Positions 12,107 through 25,619 of a stretch of DNA of 64,000 bases are shown piece by piece (the first letter of the stretch is position 1; every line of letters starts with the position of its first letter). A program made the position numbers and the translations under genes. The notes beneath the pieces were generated by a model, which saw only the letters and a program-made list of their open reading frames with translations, was not told the origin of the DNA and ran no database searches. The stretch comes from Eledone cirrhosa (taxonomy: Eukaryota): assembly GCA_964016885.1 (NCBI GenBank), contig OZ024755.1, positions 19,778,001 to 19,842,000 on the forward strand, written 5' to 3'.

Positions 12107-14476
12107 TTAGATTTTATCCTCATCAGAGGACGTGACAGATGGACGGTCGTAAACACAAAAGCCTTCCCTAGTGAGGAATGTACATCCCAACATAGCTTAG
12201 TTGTCAGCGACCTCACGGTCAGAACTAGACGAGCCCTGAAACAGAGGCCAACCTGGAGAAGAAAGATCTGGAAGCTGAAAGTCCCCTCAACCAGTAACAG
12301 ATTTAAAGATATTTTACTCAACGCCTACGACAGTAAAGAAGAACAGATAGAGACATTTAACGTAGAAGAGAACTGGGAGTTCCTAAAAAATAACTTACTA
12401 GAGGCGACGGATGAGGTTTGTGGCTGGAGTAAGACCTCAAGCAGGAGGAGAGTGACTTGGTGGTGGAACAATAAGGTAGATGAAGCAGTCAAGGCCAAGA
12501 GACAGGCATGGAAAGAATGGAAGAACGGGGGGAGCAGGGTACATTACATAGAGACCAAGAGGGAAGCTAGGCGACAAGTATACTTAGCTAGGAGGGAAGC
12601 AGAGGATAGAAAATTCAAGCATGTTTTACAACGTGAGGACCAGAAACAGGAGGTATTCAAGATTGCGAGGCAGTGTGTCAGAGATAGTTGTGATGTCATT
12701 GGAGAGAAGTGTATCCGGAATGATAAAGGTGAGCTTGCCCTCACAAGTGCTGAGAAGAAAGATGCATGGAAGAGTCATTATGATAGATTACTAAATGAGG
12801 AGAATGCATGGGAAGAAGAGACCCTAGCCCACGTAGACCCTATAGAGGGACCAGCAGTACAAGTCAGCGGCAGCGTAGTAAGTATAGCTGCCGAGATGCT
12901 GAAGGCATCTGGGTCTGTAGGTCACACTATAACCACACGTATCGTTAACCAGGTAATACTAGAGGGGGCCATACCAAAAGATTGGTGCAGTAGCATCATT
13001 GTCAACTGCTACAAAGGTAAAGGCGATGCACTAGATAGAGGAAACTATAGAGGTATAAAGTTGATGGACCAGGTCATGAAAGTAACAGAAAGAGTTATAG
13101 CACAGCTGATTAGGGACCGGGTGAATATAGACGAGATGCAATTTGGGTTTGTTCCAGGGAAAGGCACCACTGATGCGCTCTTCCTTGTGAGGCAATTACA
13201 GGAAAAGTACCTAGCTAAAAGTAAGCCACTCTACTTGGCATTTGTCGACCTTGAGAAAGCCTTTGACAGAGTTCCACGTGCAGTAATCTGGTGGGCTCTT
13301 AGAAAACTAGGAGTAGATGAATGGCTTGTGAAAGCGGTACAAGCCATGTATAGGGGAGCAGTCAGCAAAGTTAGGATTGGCAATGAGTATAGCGAGGAAT
13401 TTAGCGTACAGGTTGGGGTCCACCAGGGCTCTGTTCTTAGCCCTCTCCTGTTCATCATAGTCCTGCAGGCAATAACGGAGGAGTTTAAGACCGGATGCCC
13501 ATGGGAACTCCTGTATGCTGATGACCTCGCACTCATAGCTGAATCTATGGTAGAACTAGAGAATAAATTCCAAACCTGGAAGCAGGGACTAGAGAGAAAG
13601 GGCCTCAAAGTCAACATGACAAAGACTAAGGTCCTTATAAGTAGACGAGAAAACAGAACCCAGATCCCCTCAGGGAAATGGCCTTGCTCAGTATGTAGGA
13701 AAGGTGTAGGTAGGAACTCCATTCTTTGCCCCAAATGCAAACAATGGGTACACAAGAGATGTAGCGGGATCTCAGGAAGCTTAATTAAGAATGTAGGATT
13801 CACATGCAGCAGCTGTGCTGAAACAGCAAGCAAACAGCCACAGGAAACAAGTACCACCAATCTCTGGGAGGGCCCTGTAGAAACAGTAGACAGCTTCTGC
13901 TACCTAGGTGACCGAATTAGCAACGGAGGTGGGTGCTCAGAAAGTACAATAACTAGGGTAAGAACGGGATGGAAGAAGTTTAGGGAACTACTACCACTGC
14001 TAGCTGCAAAAGGCTTCTCCCTCAGAATGAAAGGCAGACTGTATGATGCGTGTATCCGAACAGCGATGTTGCATGGTAGTGAGACCTGGGCGCTGAAGGT
14101 GGAAGACTTACGTAGATTAGAGAGAAACGAAGCCTGCATGCTCCGATGGATGTGTAACAGTAATATACGTGAACGACAAAGCATAAATGAATTGAGAGAG
14201 AGACTGAGCATAAGAGGAATCAAATGCTGCGTGCAGGAGAGGCGGTTACGCTGGTATGGACATGTGATGCGTATGAAGGATGACAGCTGCATAAAAAGGT
14301 GCATAGCACTAGAAGTTGATGGAAACCGCGGAGTGGGGAGACCCAAGATGACTTGGGATGAGGTGATAAAAGCCGACCTTACCCAACTACACCTCTCAAA
14401 GTCAATGACACACGACCGTGACTTCTGGCGTCACGCAGTAATACAGGGTACCCGACCTCCCATGGGTACATGCTGA
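12107..14476 (+). CDS. RTE LINE polyprotein fragment: AP-endonuclease C-terminus, reverse transcriptase, PHD-like finger (no native start)
   Basis: Frame is open upstream of the called start at 12452 (LDFILIR..QHSLVVSDL). RT motifs NYRGIKL, QFGF, FVDLEKAFD, GVHQGSVLSP, YADD (13514-13525) and YLG; C-terminal RRLRWYGHVMR, GRPK. Confidence 0.9.
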   Translation, partial: LDFILIRGRDRWTVVNTKAFPSEECTSQHSLVVSDLTVRTRRALKQRPTWRRKIWKLKVPSTSNRFKDILLNAYDSKEEQIETFNVEENWEFLKNNLLEATDEVCGWSKTSSRRRVTWWWNNKVDEAVKAKRQAWKEWKNGGSRVHYIETKREARRQVYLARREAEDRKFKHVLQREDQKQEVFKIARQCVRDSCDVIGEKCIRNDKGELALTSAEKKDAWKSHYDRLLNEENAWEEETLAHVDPIEGPAVQVSGSVVSIAAEMLKASGSVGHTITTRIVNQVILEGAIPKDWCSSIIVNCYKGKGDALDRGNYRGIKLMDQVMKVTERVIAQLIRDRVNIDEMQFGFVPGKGTTDALFLVRQLQEKYLAKSKPLYLAFVDLEKAFDRVPRAVIWWALRKLGVDEWLVKAVQAMYRGAVSKVRIGNEYSEEFSVQVGVHQGSVLSPLLFIIVLQAITEEFKTGCPWELLYADDLALIAESMVELENKFQTWKQGLERKGLKVNMTKTKVLISRRENRTQIPSGKWPCSVCRKGVGRNSILCPKCKQWVHKRCSGISGSLIKNVGFTCSSCAETASKQPQETSTTNLWEGPVETVDSFCYLGDRISNGGGCSESTITRVRTGWKKFRELLPLLAAKGFSLRMKGRLYDACIRTAMLHGSETWALKVEDLRRLERNEACMLRWMCNSNIRERQSINELRERLSIRGIKCCVQERRLRWYGHVMRMKDDSCIKRCIALEVDGNRGVGRPKMTWDEVIKADLTQLHLSKSMTHDRDFWRHAVIQGTRPPMGTC

Positions 14477-14778
14477 AGCATATAAACGATATGCCCCCCC
14501 CCCCACCGCAAGGTGGTCGTGGAGGTGCCACGGCAAAACAGCACCCAGCCCACACTGTAAAGTGGACGTGTAGGCGCCACGAAAAAGCACCCAGCACTCA
14601 CTGTAAATGAGGTTGGTGTTAGGAAGGGCATCCAGCTGTAGAAATCAAGCCAGATCAGTTCCTGTATGAGCAAGGCATGGTCAGCCGACCAGACACTGCC
14701 CACAACAGGACAACCCGTCTAACCCATGCTAGCGTGGAAGAACGGACGTAAAACGGTGATGATGATGATGATGATGAT
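12107..14778 (+). mobile_element. 5'-truncated RTE-clade LINE inserted in (TA)n
   Basis: Open frame, ~300-bp 3'UTR containing TAGGAAGGGCATCCAGCTGTAGAAA, (GAT)n tail ending 14778, and (TA)n on both sides. Confidence 0.92.
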
Positions 14779-15651
14779 ATATATATATATATATATATAT
14801 ATTATGAGTGAGTGAGTGAGTGAGTGAGTGAGTGTGTGGGTGTGTGTGTGTGTGTGCGTGCGTGCGTATGTTAGGAAGAGATAGAGAAAAGAGGTTGTGG
14901 AGAGAGAAGAAAAACGAAGAGTTAAAATGCAAAAACAATGGCGACAGGATATGAGACAAGAAAGCCGGATCTAAAATTGCAAGCCATTCTATTTAATAAC
15001 TCGGCTTTGTTGCCACGATAGGACATTAAACATGTTACATGCACAAAACTACACCTCATGACAAACACACATTTACACACTGCATCATATACACACACAT
15101 GTACAGACAGGCACACAAAATATAAACGTCTACACATAAATATATATCTTTCAAATGTTTGGAAAGTAATTTCATTTCTTGGGGATCCAACACAAAATTT
15201 ATGCGAACACACCAAGAATGTGAGAGAAACACATTTGGTAGGTCACAAAGTCAGTCTCCTGATTCTGCTAACTATCACTGTTTCCATGACAATTTATATC
15301 GATTTCTTACACTGGTACAAGACCAAAGATGTGTTTAGTATGATGGTAAAGCCATCATTTTTGTCTTTTATGTAGCCCTAGGTCGGCCCGCATCGAAAAG
15401 ATCTATAGCCAACGATATCCCATCCATACCCTTCTTGCCTTTATTTCAAATACATCGTATCTAAAACTACAACATCTAGTATATACTTCCTTATCTAACC
15501 ATTCCGTTTTCATATTTCTAATGACATGATTTTCAAGTAATTTGGGGAGATTTAGGGTCATCAGACAAGAACGAATAAAATGAATATTAAGAGTCTACTT
15601 CGATATTGAAATATTATTCCTTTCTCTTAGTCACATACCTCAACCACATAC

Positions 15652-15952
<301 letters not shown>

Positions 15953-15959
<7 letters not shown>

Positions 15960-16105
15960 GGAAAAGAATGAAACGAAATTTCGTTTCACACTCTTAGTAC
16001 GTCTGTATACATATATGTATGTACGTATACATACATACTTACATTTAAGTACCAGCCGTACTAAGAGTGATAAATGAAATTTCGTTTCATTCTTTTCCAT
16101 TTATA
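15953..16105. mobile_element. Family H fold-back (~48-bp arms) whose spacer copies downstream flank
   Basis: TATAAATGGAAAAGAATGAAACGAAATTTC... is inverted at ~16057-16105. Spacer 15997-16047 equals 16439-16489 with one mismatch. Confidence 0.75.
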
Positions 16106-16887
16106 GTTTTCGGTGCGCCCGGCCAATTAACTCACACGATATGCAAATTAGGCTGCTCAGACGTTAATGTGCATAAGGAAAGTATATACTTTCAGACGTT
16201 CAACCATCTGACAGAAAGGTATACGATGCTGACGATAGCTAATAAGCTTGAAGCTAGTACATCGTTCCTGTATCAGTGTTTAACAAAAAGGTACCGATGG
16301 TTGCCTGAACACCGTACGGCGTAATTCGGGCTGTTTGTTTGTTTACAAACAAACCGAGCATTATAATAAATGTTCGGTAAACCCATACGTACATATATAT
16401 ATGTGTGCATGTATGTATATATATATATACATACTACTGTACGTCTGTATACATATATGTATGTACGTATACGTACATACTTACATTTATATATATATAT
16501 ATATTATTTATATACTTATTTTGCCTCAATCGTAGAATTTATATTACTGGATGTCTGCGATAGCTTTACTTTGAAACAGAATATATTGTTTAAAACATAT
16601 AGTTACCATGAGAACCATATTTTCGCTATGTAAATCAATAATACACTAGTTGTCAAGGGTTTTTAGAATAAAATAGTTTAGTTAGAACTGAGGAAGAATC
16701 TGTTGGAATATTGTGTTGAACAGAAATTTCATGTACGATCTGTTATAGTTAGTATTGTTTTACCCAGAGCGTCAAACAACATGATTTACGTTATGTTTAT
16801 CTCGCGTTATAATTGGTAGTTTACTCTAGTACAACTCCTAGATTTATCTCACCGAAATATAGTATACCGAGAGCTACATTAGCCAAT

Positions 16888-17057
16888 GCATAGAGGGTCG
16901 GACGCCATGCTTTCCAGCATAGTTACGTCCCTTTACGATCTGAGTTCAAATCCCGCCGAGGTTGACTTTGTCTTTCATCCTTACGGGGTCGATAAAATAA
17001 AGTACCAGTAATGCACTGGGTAATTGCTGGCCTTGTGCCTAAAGTAGAAACAATTAT
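16888..17057 (+). mobile_element. Nin/Deu SINE copy
   Basis: Same B-box, core and tail as the other copies. Confidence 0.9.
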
Positions 17058-20000
17058 ATGGCTAAAACAATACTCATAATTGTATGCTACAAGGCACCCG
17101 AATAGTTAGAGAGGGTTTTAATTCTAGAACTTCTGCCCAAAGGTATTATGACCCTAGTGCGGAGAAGAAGCCAAACGATAAAGAAAATAACTATTTAATA
17201 GAAATATCATTAAATATCATTAAAATGAAAACAAACGATTCCTTTTGGACTGGAAACTAAATTTGTATACTTCATTCGCTGACAACGTACAGTTATTTGG
17301 TTAATATGTAAGTGGTTGAGTATTCCACAGACATATGTATTCTTAAAATTCTCCGAGATAATCAGCTTGACAGAATGTAACTCAGTTGAACCTTTAAATT
17401 AAAGATAAAGTCCATCTGACGGACTTCGAAACAGTTTCTACCTACCTTTCATACACAGGATTGGGTTAACCTGGAGCTATGGTAAAAGACAGTTACCCAA
17501 GATGTCACACACTAGAATCGAAACCCGAAATCATGATCCAGTAGCGAACTTCTTAACCACCCAGCCATAATTGTGTTTACATGTGAAATGAATCAACATC
17601 ATAAACCACTTACAAATGAGAAAGACATGAACCACCATACTTTACCTACTTCTATAAATAACAACAACAGCAGCACCGATAGTAAGTGTGTGATGCTCAA
17701 AGGATAAAAACCACAGATATACTGAACAGATGCTACTACAAAAATAGGGGCGTTTCTATATTAAAAAATAAGTCCAAACATAGTCACCTCTTGGAAAGCT
17801 GCCTAATAGTATTTGCCGACCTCAATAAAATGATTATCTTAATTATTAATGATAATATTGTTGATACATTTACAATGTCAATGGAAATATTTTTCAATCA
17901 TTCAATAGATTTATTATTAATTCCGTTCATTTTAATAAGTTTTAGAAGGAAAATCACGATTGAATAGGTCATGCAGGTTAGTTTGCTTCCAGTTCTGTAC
18001 ATTATTCATTACAAAATTTCAATAAAAAGCATTGTTTGAATTAACAACACAGATAGAATTATTAGATTAATTAGCAAGTGAGAATAAATCTGCTGTAAAG
18101 TAAGGCGACATTATATTTCACCTTCTTTTGTTCACAACTCCGTACGAAATTAACACTCGTCTACTAGTGTCAAACATTAATATAACTATATGTTAATTAT
18201 ATGCTTTCATTTTCAAAAGACAAGCATAGAAAAGATATTTCAGGTTTCTCTATCTAAAATCAAGAATAGCTGATTGACTATTCAATGTTTGCTCTAAATT
18301 CGAAATACAACGAAATATTTCCTGTATAGAGTATTGAAATGTTTCAGTTTCGTAATCTTTAACCATATTCTTTTCATAGAAATAACATGATCATTTTTAG
18401 CACCATCTCTAAACGCAATAGAAATATTGAAATGTACTTTTGTTCCCGTTTACTAAAACGTTTATTGATTCGTTATCGAGTTAAAAAGTTAAAAAGTGAA
18501 AAATTTTAAACTATTTGTAATTTTGTATGCCGCCATTTTATATAAAACATAAAATATCTATCACTGATTCCAGGTTTTATATGTATAGATTGTAATGTCA
18601 TTTGAATTTGCAATTGTAGCTCAATAATAGAAAATATAACCATAAAAATAAGTGAAACGGCGTTCAGAATATTTATGATTTTTCTAAGAAATCACAATGG
18701 AAACTTAATGAGCTTTTTGCGACTGATCTGTTGAAACTGTTATTTTTTCATAAATGGTCTCAAATCAACAGAGTTCAATTTAGTATTTTGCCAAGTATAT
18801 TCCCTGTCTGTTCACTTATCCCTGTGGCTTTGAAATATTGTTTCTTAAAACCATATCTTGCTTTGATGCAACATTGGTGGTATGAATGAGAAAATGTTTT
18901 GAAATGATTAATAAGGAAAATAAAGGTTTTAAAGTTTACTTTCAGTAATACAGGTTTGAAATGCTTGACAGGTTGGTTTAAAGGCACACACGTATTTTTA
19001 GAATGTGTTTAGGAGAAGATGTGCTTTTCATGAATTAACTAATGGCAATCCAATCCAATCCAATCCAGGGCTTTCTCACTCATGTTGGAGGAACCCTTCC
19101 CTGGTTGACCTTCACCGATTTCACTCTAGTTTTGGTCATGTCTTCAGAGGTGTAGCCATACTCATCACCCTTGGCCGATTGCGGGCTGGTGAGGCTATTT
19201 AACCTATCGTTGGGGTAATGGCAGTAATGTAATATAATTCAAATATCCTCGACCAGAAATTAAGACAAAGTTTCTATTTTAGCTCTATTGATGTTTAGCT
19301 ACACTACGCTGTCTTCGCGATTTCTATGCATTGTGTCACTGAAACAAAGGTACATATTTGTATTCATAGGGCTACAGTCGGTGATACATATGTGTTATAT
19401 CGACTCTGGAAGGATAAATGAAAAGTTGGTTCTGGCTGGATTAGAACCCGAAACAAAGATAGTCTTTACATGGTTCTTTGATCTGCTAGAAATAGCACAC
19501 TAACCTCCACCAAACCATACTATAAAGCCTGAAGAAAGAGTGATTGGATGGAGGAGTCACATATATATCGTGGCTGGAAATATATGATGACCGCGTCTAT
19601 AATACCGTTTATCATGGACCAATTCGACCAGAGTTGACCTAGGATTAAAGGACAAAGACAACTAAACACCGACACACATTATCTGGCGTTATTCATATCA
19701 TCCTATCATCTTTTCGCCTTAATTAATAATGGTTTGCGGCACAAGGTTAGATTAGTTTAAGGAAGAAAATCAGAATATGAGTAGTCTTTTTATCACATGT
19801 GCTACTGAGGATCAAAACAAAACACTCAACAATATCCAACATACTTTCAGAAATAGTATAAAGTACAGTTAAGTTAATTGAATCTGTATATAATTCAGGC
19901 TTGTTTGCAGTCCTTGTATATAACTAGTTTTACACTTAGTCAAATGAAATATTTACTAATGAAAGTTTTAAAATACCTTAGTGTCAACACATTTATTGCA

Positions 20001-21032
20001 ATCTGCATTAAACTAAAAATAAATGTATAATGATTCATTGGCTATTAGTTTCGTTTCTCCGACAAGCAAGGGAAACAATTTCAGTAAAGTTTCAGTCTTA
20101 TTCTGACCTCAATGATTGACACAAAGCCGTCACGCCTTACTTACCGATATAACAATTGATGAACCACATCATAAATGTACAAAATTGCACACTGATTGAC
20201 AGAAAAATAGAATTGCTTATAAAAAAACAATTTTGAGATTCTGTCCACATGAAAAGAACAACAAAACAATCAAACCAAAGCAGAAACAATAGTAAAATTA
20301 GTGTTAACGTTTGATGTGTGAAACATTACAGAGTTAACTAGAAATTATTATGCGGCGAGGATAAAAGAAAATATACTAAACAATTTTACTCAATGACTAA
20401 CATTATTTTTATTTTATATTAATGAAAGTCTAGCACCGAGTACCCTGCCTAGAACGATTCGCTATTATTATAAATGTAACAATTATAAATCAGCACGAAA
20501 TATAGAAAGGATACCAATCGTTCACTATTCTATTCTGGGTAACTTGCAATGTTAACATTTCCATATTATGTTCAGGATGAGAACTATGACTCTACATCCG
20601 GCATTCCTAAAACAACAATAACAACAACAACGAAAGCAAAAGAAGGAGGAAGTACATGATATATTTGATTACTCCAGGGTAGAAGAGGATAAGAGATGTT
20701 TGGAGATGAGAACATAACCACCCACCTGACATCCAGACCCAGGCATAAATATGAACACATACCCCAAAACTACGTCGGGTTACACAGCATAGCCTCTGTT
20801 ACCCAAGTATAGTTTTTCACTGCTTCATAGTTGCGACCTCGTTTATACAGTTTATAACAAAAATAACACTAACAACAATATCAAAAACAATACGAATTAA
20901 AAGCTTCATATTTACACGGGAGTGAGTGACTGGATTGCTTTTGGTGATAAAAATAGTAATTCAACACTTTTATTGTCGTAGTGTAATATTTGAAGAAAAA
21001 AAAAAAAACGAGATTGTGTTGTTGAGGCGAAT

Positions 21033-21054
21033 CACTTCCGGAAATGTACACGTG
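21033..21054. promoter_or_regulatory. Candidate promoter motifs: palindromic ETS site plus E-box
   Basis: CACTTCCGGAAAT followed by CACGTG in a locally CpG-richer non-repeat patch. Motif evidence only. Confidence 0.25.
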
Positions 21055-23180
21055 AGAAAAAGAATTCATTGAATTTGTAGCGAGTATTCCCGTGTGGAAA
21101 TTTAAACTAATATTAGCGCCTTCCATATAATTTCGTTTGGAACGGGATCGTGTACGAATTGTATAAATAGGTGTTATTTGTTGTCCAATAAACGCTGTTA
21201 ACAAACCGTAGCTAATGAGTCATGGTAGTTATAGTAGTAGCAACAGCAGCAACCCCTTAAGAAAGGCAGAGAGTCATATAATTCTTAGGAAAACTCTACC
21301 ATATCGCTCAACCTGCTATAACTAACAGCCAACTCACACCCAAATTACAGGCTTCTATCATTAAAAAATAGTAGGACATGTTATATAATGTAATGTTAGG
21401 TATACGCTGTCTGAGTTAAAGAAAAGACGAGATGGTTATGGTTGGAATACCGTTGGTCATAGGTATACACGATCGGGACCGAACGATACTTCAAAGTTAA
21501 ATATATTTAAATATATTTAAATATATACTTAAATATATACTTAAATATATACTTAAATATATTTAAATATATTTAAATATATTCAAGTATATATTTAAGT
21601 ATATATTTTTGTTCAGTTCATATAAAGTTCACTAATTCTGTATAAAACATATTCACTTGATTGTATTTTCTAAGTATTTCACTTATATGTTGTTTCAATG
21701 AAGCAAACCCACGGCCAACCAGCCGTAACCCATGGCCGGTCACTGAAAATTTAAAAACTAAGTCAGTAAAGATTAAAATTTCTTAGTTCTGAATACAAAA
21801 CGTTGCCATTAACGAGATTCGAAACATCAACCTGTTTCACAGGTAATTTGAATTTCCTTTCATTCAGTAAATTGTGACTACTTCTTATGAATATCTTGAA
21901 ACTACTATTTTGTTTTTCATAATTAGTAGGAGGATGTTTCAATGATTGTAAAAATATAACTATATGTTAGCTGTTGTATTTCTTTATCTGAAAGTTTTAT
22001 AAGATTTCTCTATGTTATTAACTGTTTCTATACTGCCTGCGTTTCACTTGTTATATTACTATTTCATTCGCTATGTTTCTGTTTTCACATTTCGAGACAC
22101 ATTTCGAGACATTAACATACACACTATTATGTTTTCGGAAGTCGTTAAATATTCAGATGTGAGAACATAAAATTTACTTATCTATTAATTATGACAATTT
22201 AGTAGCTTAATATTTGAGTAAAGGAAAATATTTTTCCCCAAAACAGACCTTGATTTCCTATTAACGAAAAACCAAAACTATTGTTAATAATATATTGGCT
22301 GACATAATAGAATAGCTTACTTTGCAATTTTTGGCTGAAATTGTTGTTCAATTGAGTAAAATATTTTCATAAATATGTTTCATATTTTATTGAAAACAAA
22401 AAAAAAAATCTGGCATGCTTTCTTTGGGCATTCGTGACAGTATATGATTCAATCTCTGTATGTTTATTATAAAGTAATTTATCATATATCATGGTTGTTA
22501 ACGGAAAGACGGAAATTGTTAACACTACCAATAATGTATCAGGTGCTTTACACCCACCTTCGCATATACATTACTCAACAATAGATATGATAATAGAATG
22601 ATATGATGGCGTGCAAAGAAAGAATGCGCAAACCTATCGATGTCAATAGACCTCAGGACGAAGAATGCTCATTAGTTTGTGGAAGAGAAGATATTGTTAA
22701 GATGGCACAAAAGCATTGCTAGATGTAAACACGATTCACATAAATTCATGGTGTTATTTTACAGCTAGCCAAATATTTGTACAGAAATCGAATAAAGCTG
22801 TTAATTGAACACCAATGTTTAATAGGATAAGAAAATAAAGACTAACTTGGTATATATGCGGATAAAATTGATAGCGTCTGATCAATACCGTATCCAGAAA
22901 TTGTCAACCATCTTGAATGAATACGAATCTATGACAAGTTGTTAAGTGTCTTATGATGTAAATTCCGAAGAGTCAAAATAAAATTACACATTGCATCATT
23001 TTCCTTCATTATGTATAAAACTTGTTTAGGCTGAGAATCAACATTAATAGCCAAGTTGTTTTTCTCGAATTAGTGAAAAGCCAAATATTTTCAAAGTTCA
23101 TTATGCAGCTGAATATTTCGACAGTTAGATCAAACATTCCTGTATAACTAAGGTTGGTATATACATATATATATATATAT

Positions 23181-23282
23181 AGTAATAATAAAAAATGTGA
23201 AGACTAAAATCTGAAGAGAAGTTTCAGAAGATCCCGTTAAGTGAAAACAGCGATTCTTTGTTTAAACTTTAATTTGTTATTT

Positions 23283-23288
<6 letters not shown>
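23181..23288 (+). mobile_element. Family A element, shortened copy in (TA)n
   Basis: Tail start AGTAATAATAA..GAAGACTAAAATC joined to TTTCAGAAGATCCCGTTAAG..CAGCGATTCTTTG. Confidence 0.8.
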
Positions 23289-23338
<50 letters not shown>

Positions 23339-23452
23339 GGTTGACGGAATCACAATACCATGAAGTGTGTCACACAATGAATGGTACTGCAGCATCGTGT
23401 CACTCACTCACTACTCAATGCTACCTGGGTTTAATCAGTTGCATTATATATA

Positions 23453-23634
23453 GGTGTATTGGCAGTATCGGTAAAGAGTCGGACGCCATGCTTTGACGCA
23501 TAGAGTTACGGCCCTTGTCATTCTGAGTTCAAGTCCCGCCGAGGTTAACTTTGCCTTTCATCCTTATGGGGTCGATAAAATAAAGTACCAGTAATACACT
23601 GGTGAATTGCTGGCCTTGTGCCAAAAGTAGAAAC

Positions 23635-23670
<36 letters not shown>

Positions 23671-23782
23671 TTGTTTCTACTTTAGGCACAAGGCCAGCAA
23701 ATTACCCAGTTCATTACCGGTACTTTATTTTATCGACCCCGTAAGGATGAAAGGCAAAGTCATATATATATATTGAAAACAG
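23453..23782. mobile_element. Tail-to-tail inverted pair of Nin/Deu SINEs around (TA)n
   Basis: Plus copy 23453-23640, minus 3' fragment 23670-23782. Confidence 0.85.
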
Positions 23783-25441
23783 TTTACTTCTGCATTTCTT
23801 TATTATTGCTATGCAAGGGAATGGACCTATCATGAACTTTATGTTTAAAATGGTTTACATAAAATACTATTTCTCTATGTACGTCATTATGTACGAGATA
23901 TTTTACAAGAAGTGTTTAATGACAATTTTGTCGCAGACATCATTTAAACGGAAATTTAAGTAGCGTTTCCAAATACTGTGTGAATTTTATACGTTAGTTT
24001 AGATACAAAGTTTATAGTTTGCATGGATTCTAACATTATACTGTTGATTTATTTTTTTCTAATGGTGTTTGTTTTTAGTTCGTGTCAATCCTTAATTATG
24101 TCAATCATCAAAAATTGATATAACACATCTTAGCTACTTTGAAAGTCGGTTACTTTGACAGCAACATTACATTCATTGAATGTGTATGCTTATAAAATTG
24201 CGTAATGCCAATATATTCACACTGGAAAGCATCAATATTTGGCTTGAATAACAAATGCAGAGTCCTATTTTACTAATAATATGAACCAATTATACTGCTG
24301 ATATATATTATTATCTAGATATAATCATCATTTTTCCCTCAAACATTTCCACTGTACATTATCATTTTATCAAATAACTGAATAGATTTAATTATTGTAT
24401 TTGGAACAGACATACCCATGTCTCTTATTTCCCAATCAGATAGATGTGGTGGTTAGAATGAGTCTTTCATCGGAAAAATTATAAAAATTATCGAAACTCA
24501 GAAGTAATGAGGTTTTAATTCAATTATATCTGGTTAGTAGGCAAAATAATACTTAGCTTCTGACGGTTGCACAATAAAGATTATTGCCTTAATGTGCAGA
24601 ACTGCTGCAATAACACTTATTAAACAGCAAATACTCGCAAGGAACACTGAATATAAGGTAATTACAAGCTTGTCTGCACTTTAGTAGCATTATTCCTCGC
24701 CAACCTTATGACATTAGAAAAACGATATGAGGTATGATACGTTAAATATTCTTTTCTTCTTTTATCAGCTGTTTGAAGTATTATACCATGACTAGTGGCA
24801 TGCTAGATCCAATCGCAAATATGCATTTGCAATTAATTGCAAAATATATTTTCGATAGCTACACATTTAGAAAATATTGCCACACCCCCACCCTAACTCT
24901 TTTGTCTAATGCTTATGAACATTGTTATAACTATTTATTGGCTTGGTTTGGAGAAGTATGTGATGACCATGGATTTGATTTAGTAGGCTCCATGTGATCA
25001 ACGTTCCTTTTACGTGTTGCAAGTCCGGGGTTGCAGAAAAAAGTATATGCATGGTTGCAGCAAAGCAGGCTTAAGTGCTAATGATTTGATCTGTAATTTT
25101 GAATGCAGCTCACGAATCACACACACACAAGAATATTCATATAAACTCATCGATTCTCTTTGGCATCACCTTTTACTAATTATCTCCTAGTATATGTTTC
25201 TTAAACTTTAAGAATGTTGTCTATATTTCTACCCGTTTGATATTTATGTAGACATCATTTATGTAGACATCATGTGTTTGTACGTTTCATGTCAAATATA
25301 TATTTGGAATATTAAGCGTTAATTTGAAAATGTTATCGCTGTAGTTGCCGTTACTGAGGAAATACATTCACACATTCATTTCTGATACAACTTAATTCCA
25401 TTGCCATCACATATCTTTCTTTAGATAGTACATTAGAATTA

Positions 25442-25619
25442 CGGGGGTAGACTGAAATGAAAAGTGCATAGGCTGATCATGAAGGAGTGATGCTAGAGCT
25501 ATGACATCTTGTATGTATTAACTTCAACTCTTTTTAAAAACTGAATTGTTTCTTTACAGGGACTATGTTCGAAAATAAACCTCATTTGGTCATCCTATGA
25601 ATCTTCCAGCCGACTCTCA
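25442..25619. mobile_element. Mariner-type MITE (second copy ~34990-35178)
   Basis: TA-flanked imperfect TIRs CGGGGGTAGACTGAAA / TTCCAGCCGACTCTCA. Internal GAAGGAGTGA..AGAGCT is shared with the second copy. Confidence 0.6.

Noticed and set aside
13231-14346. Antisense ORFs of 209 and 148 aa
   Set aside because: Shadows of the RTE reading frame with no independent motifs.
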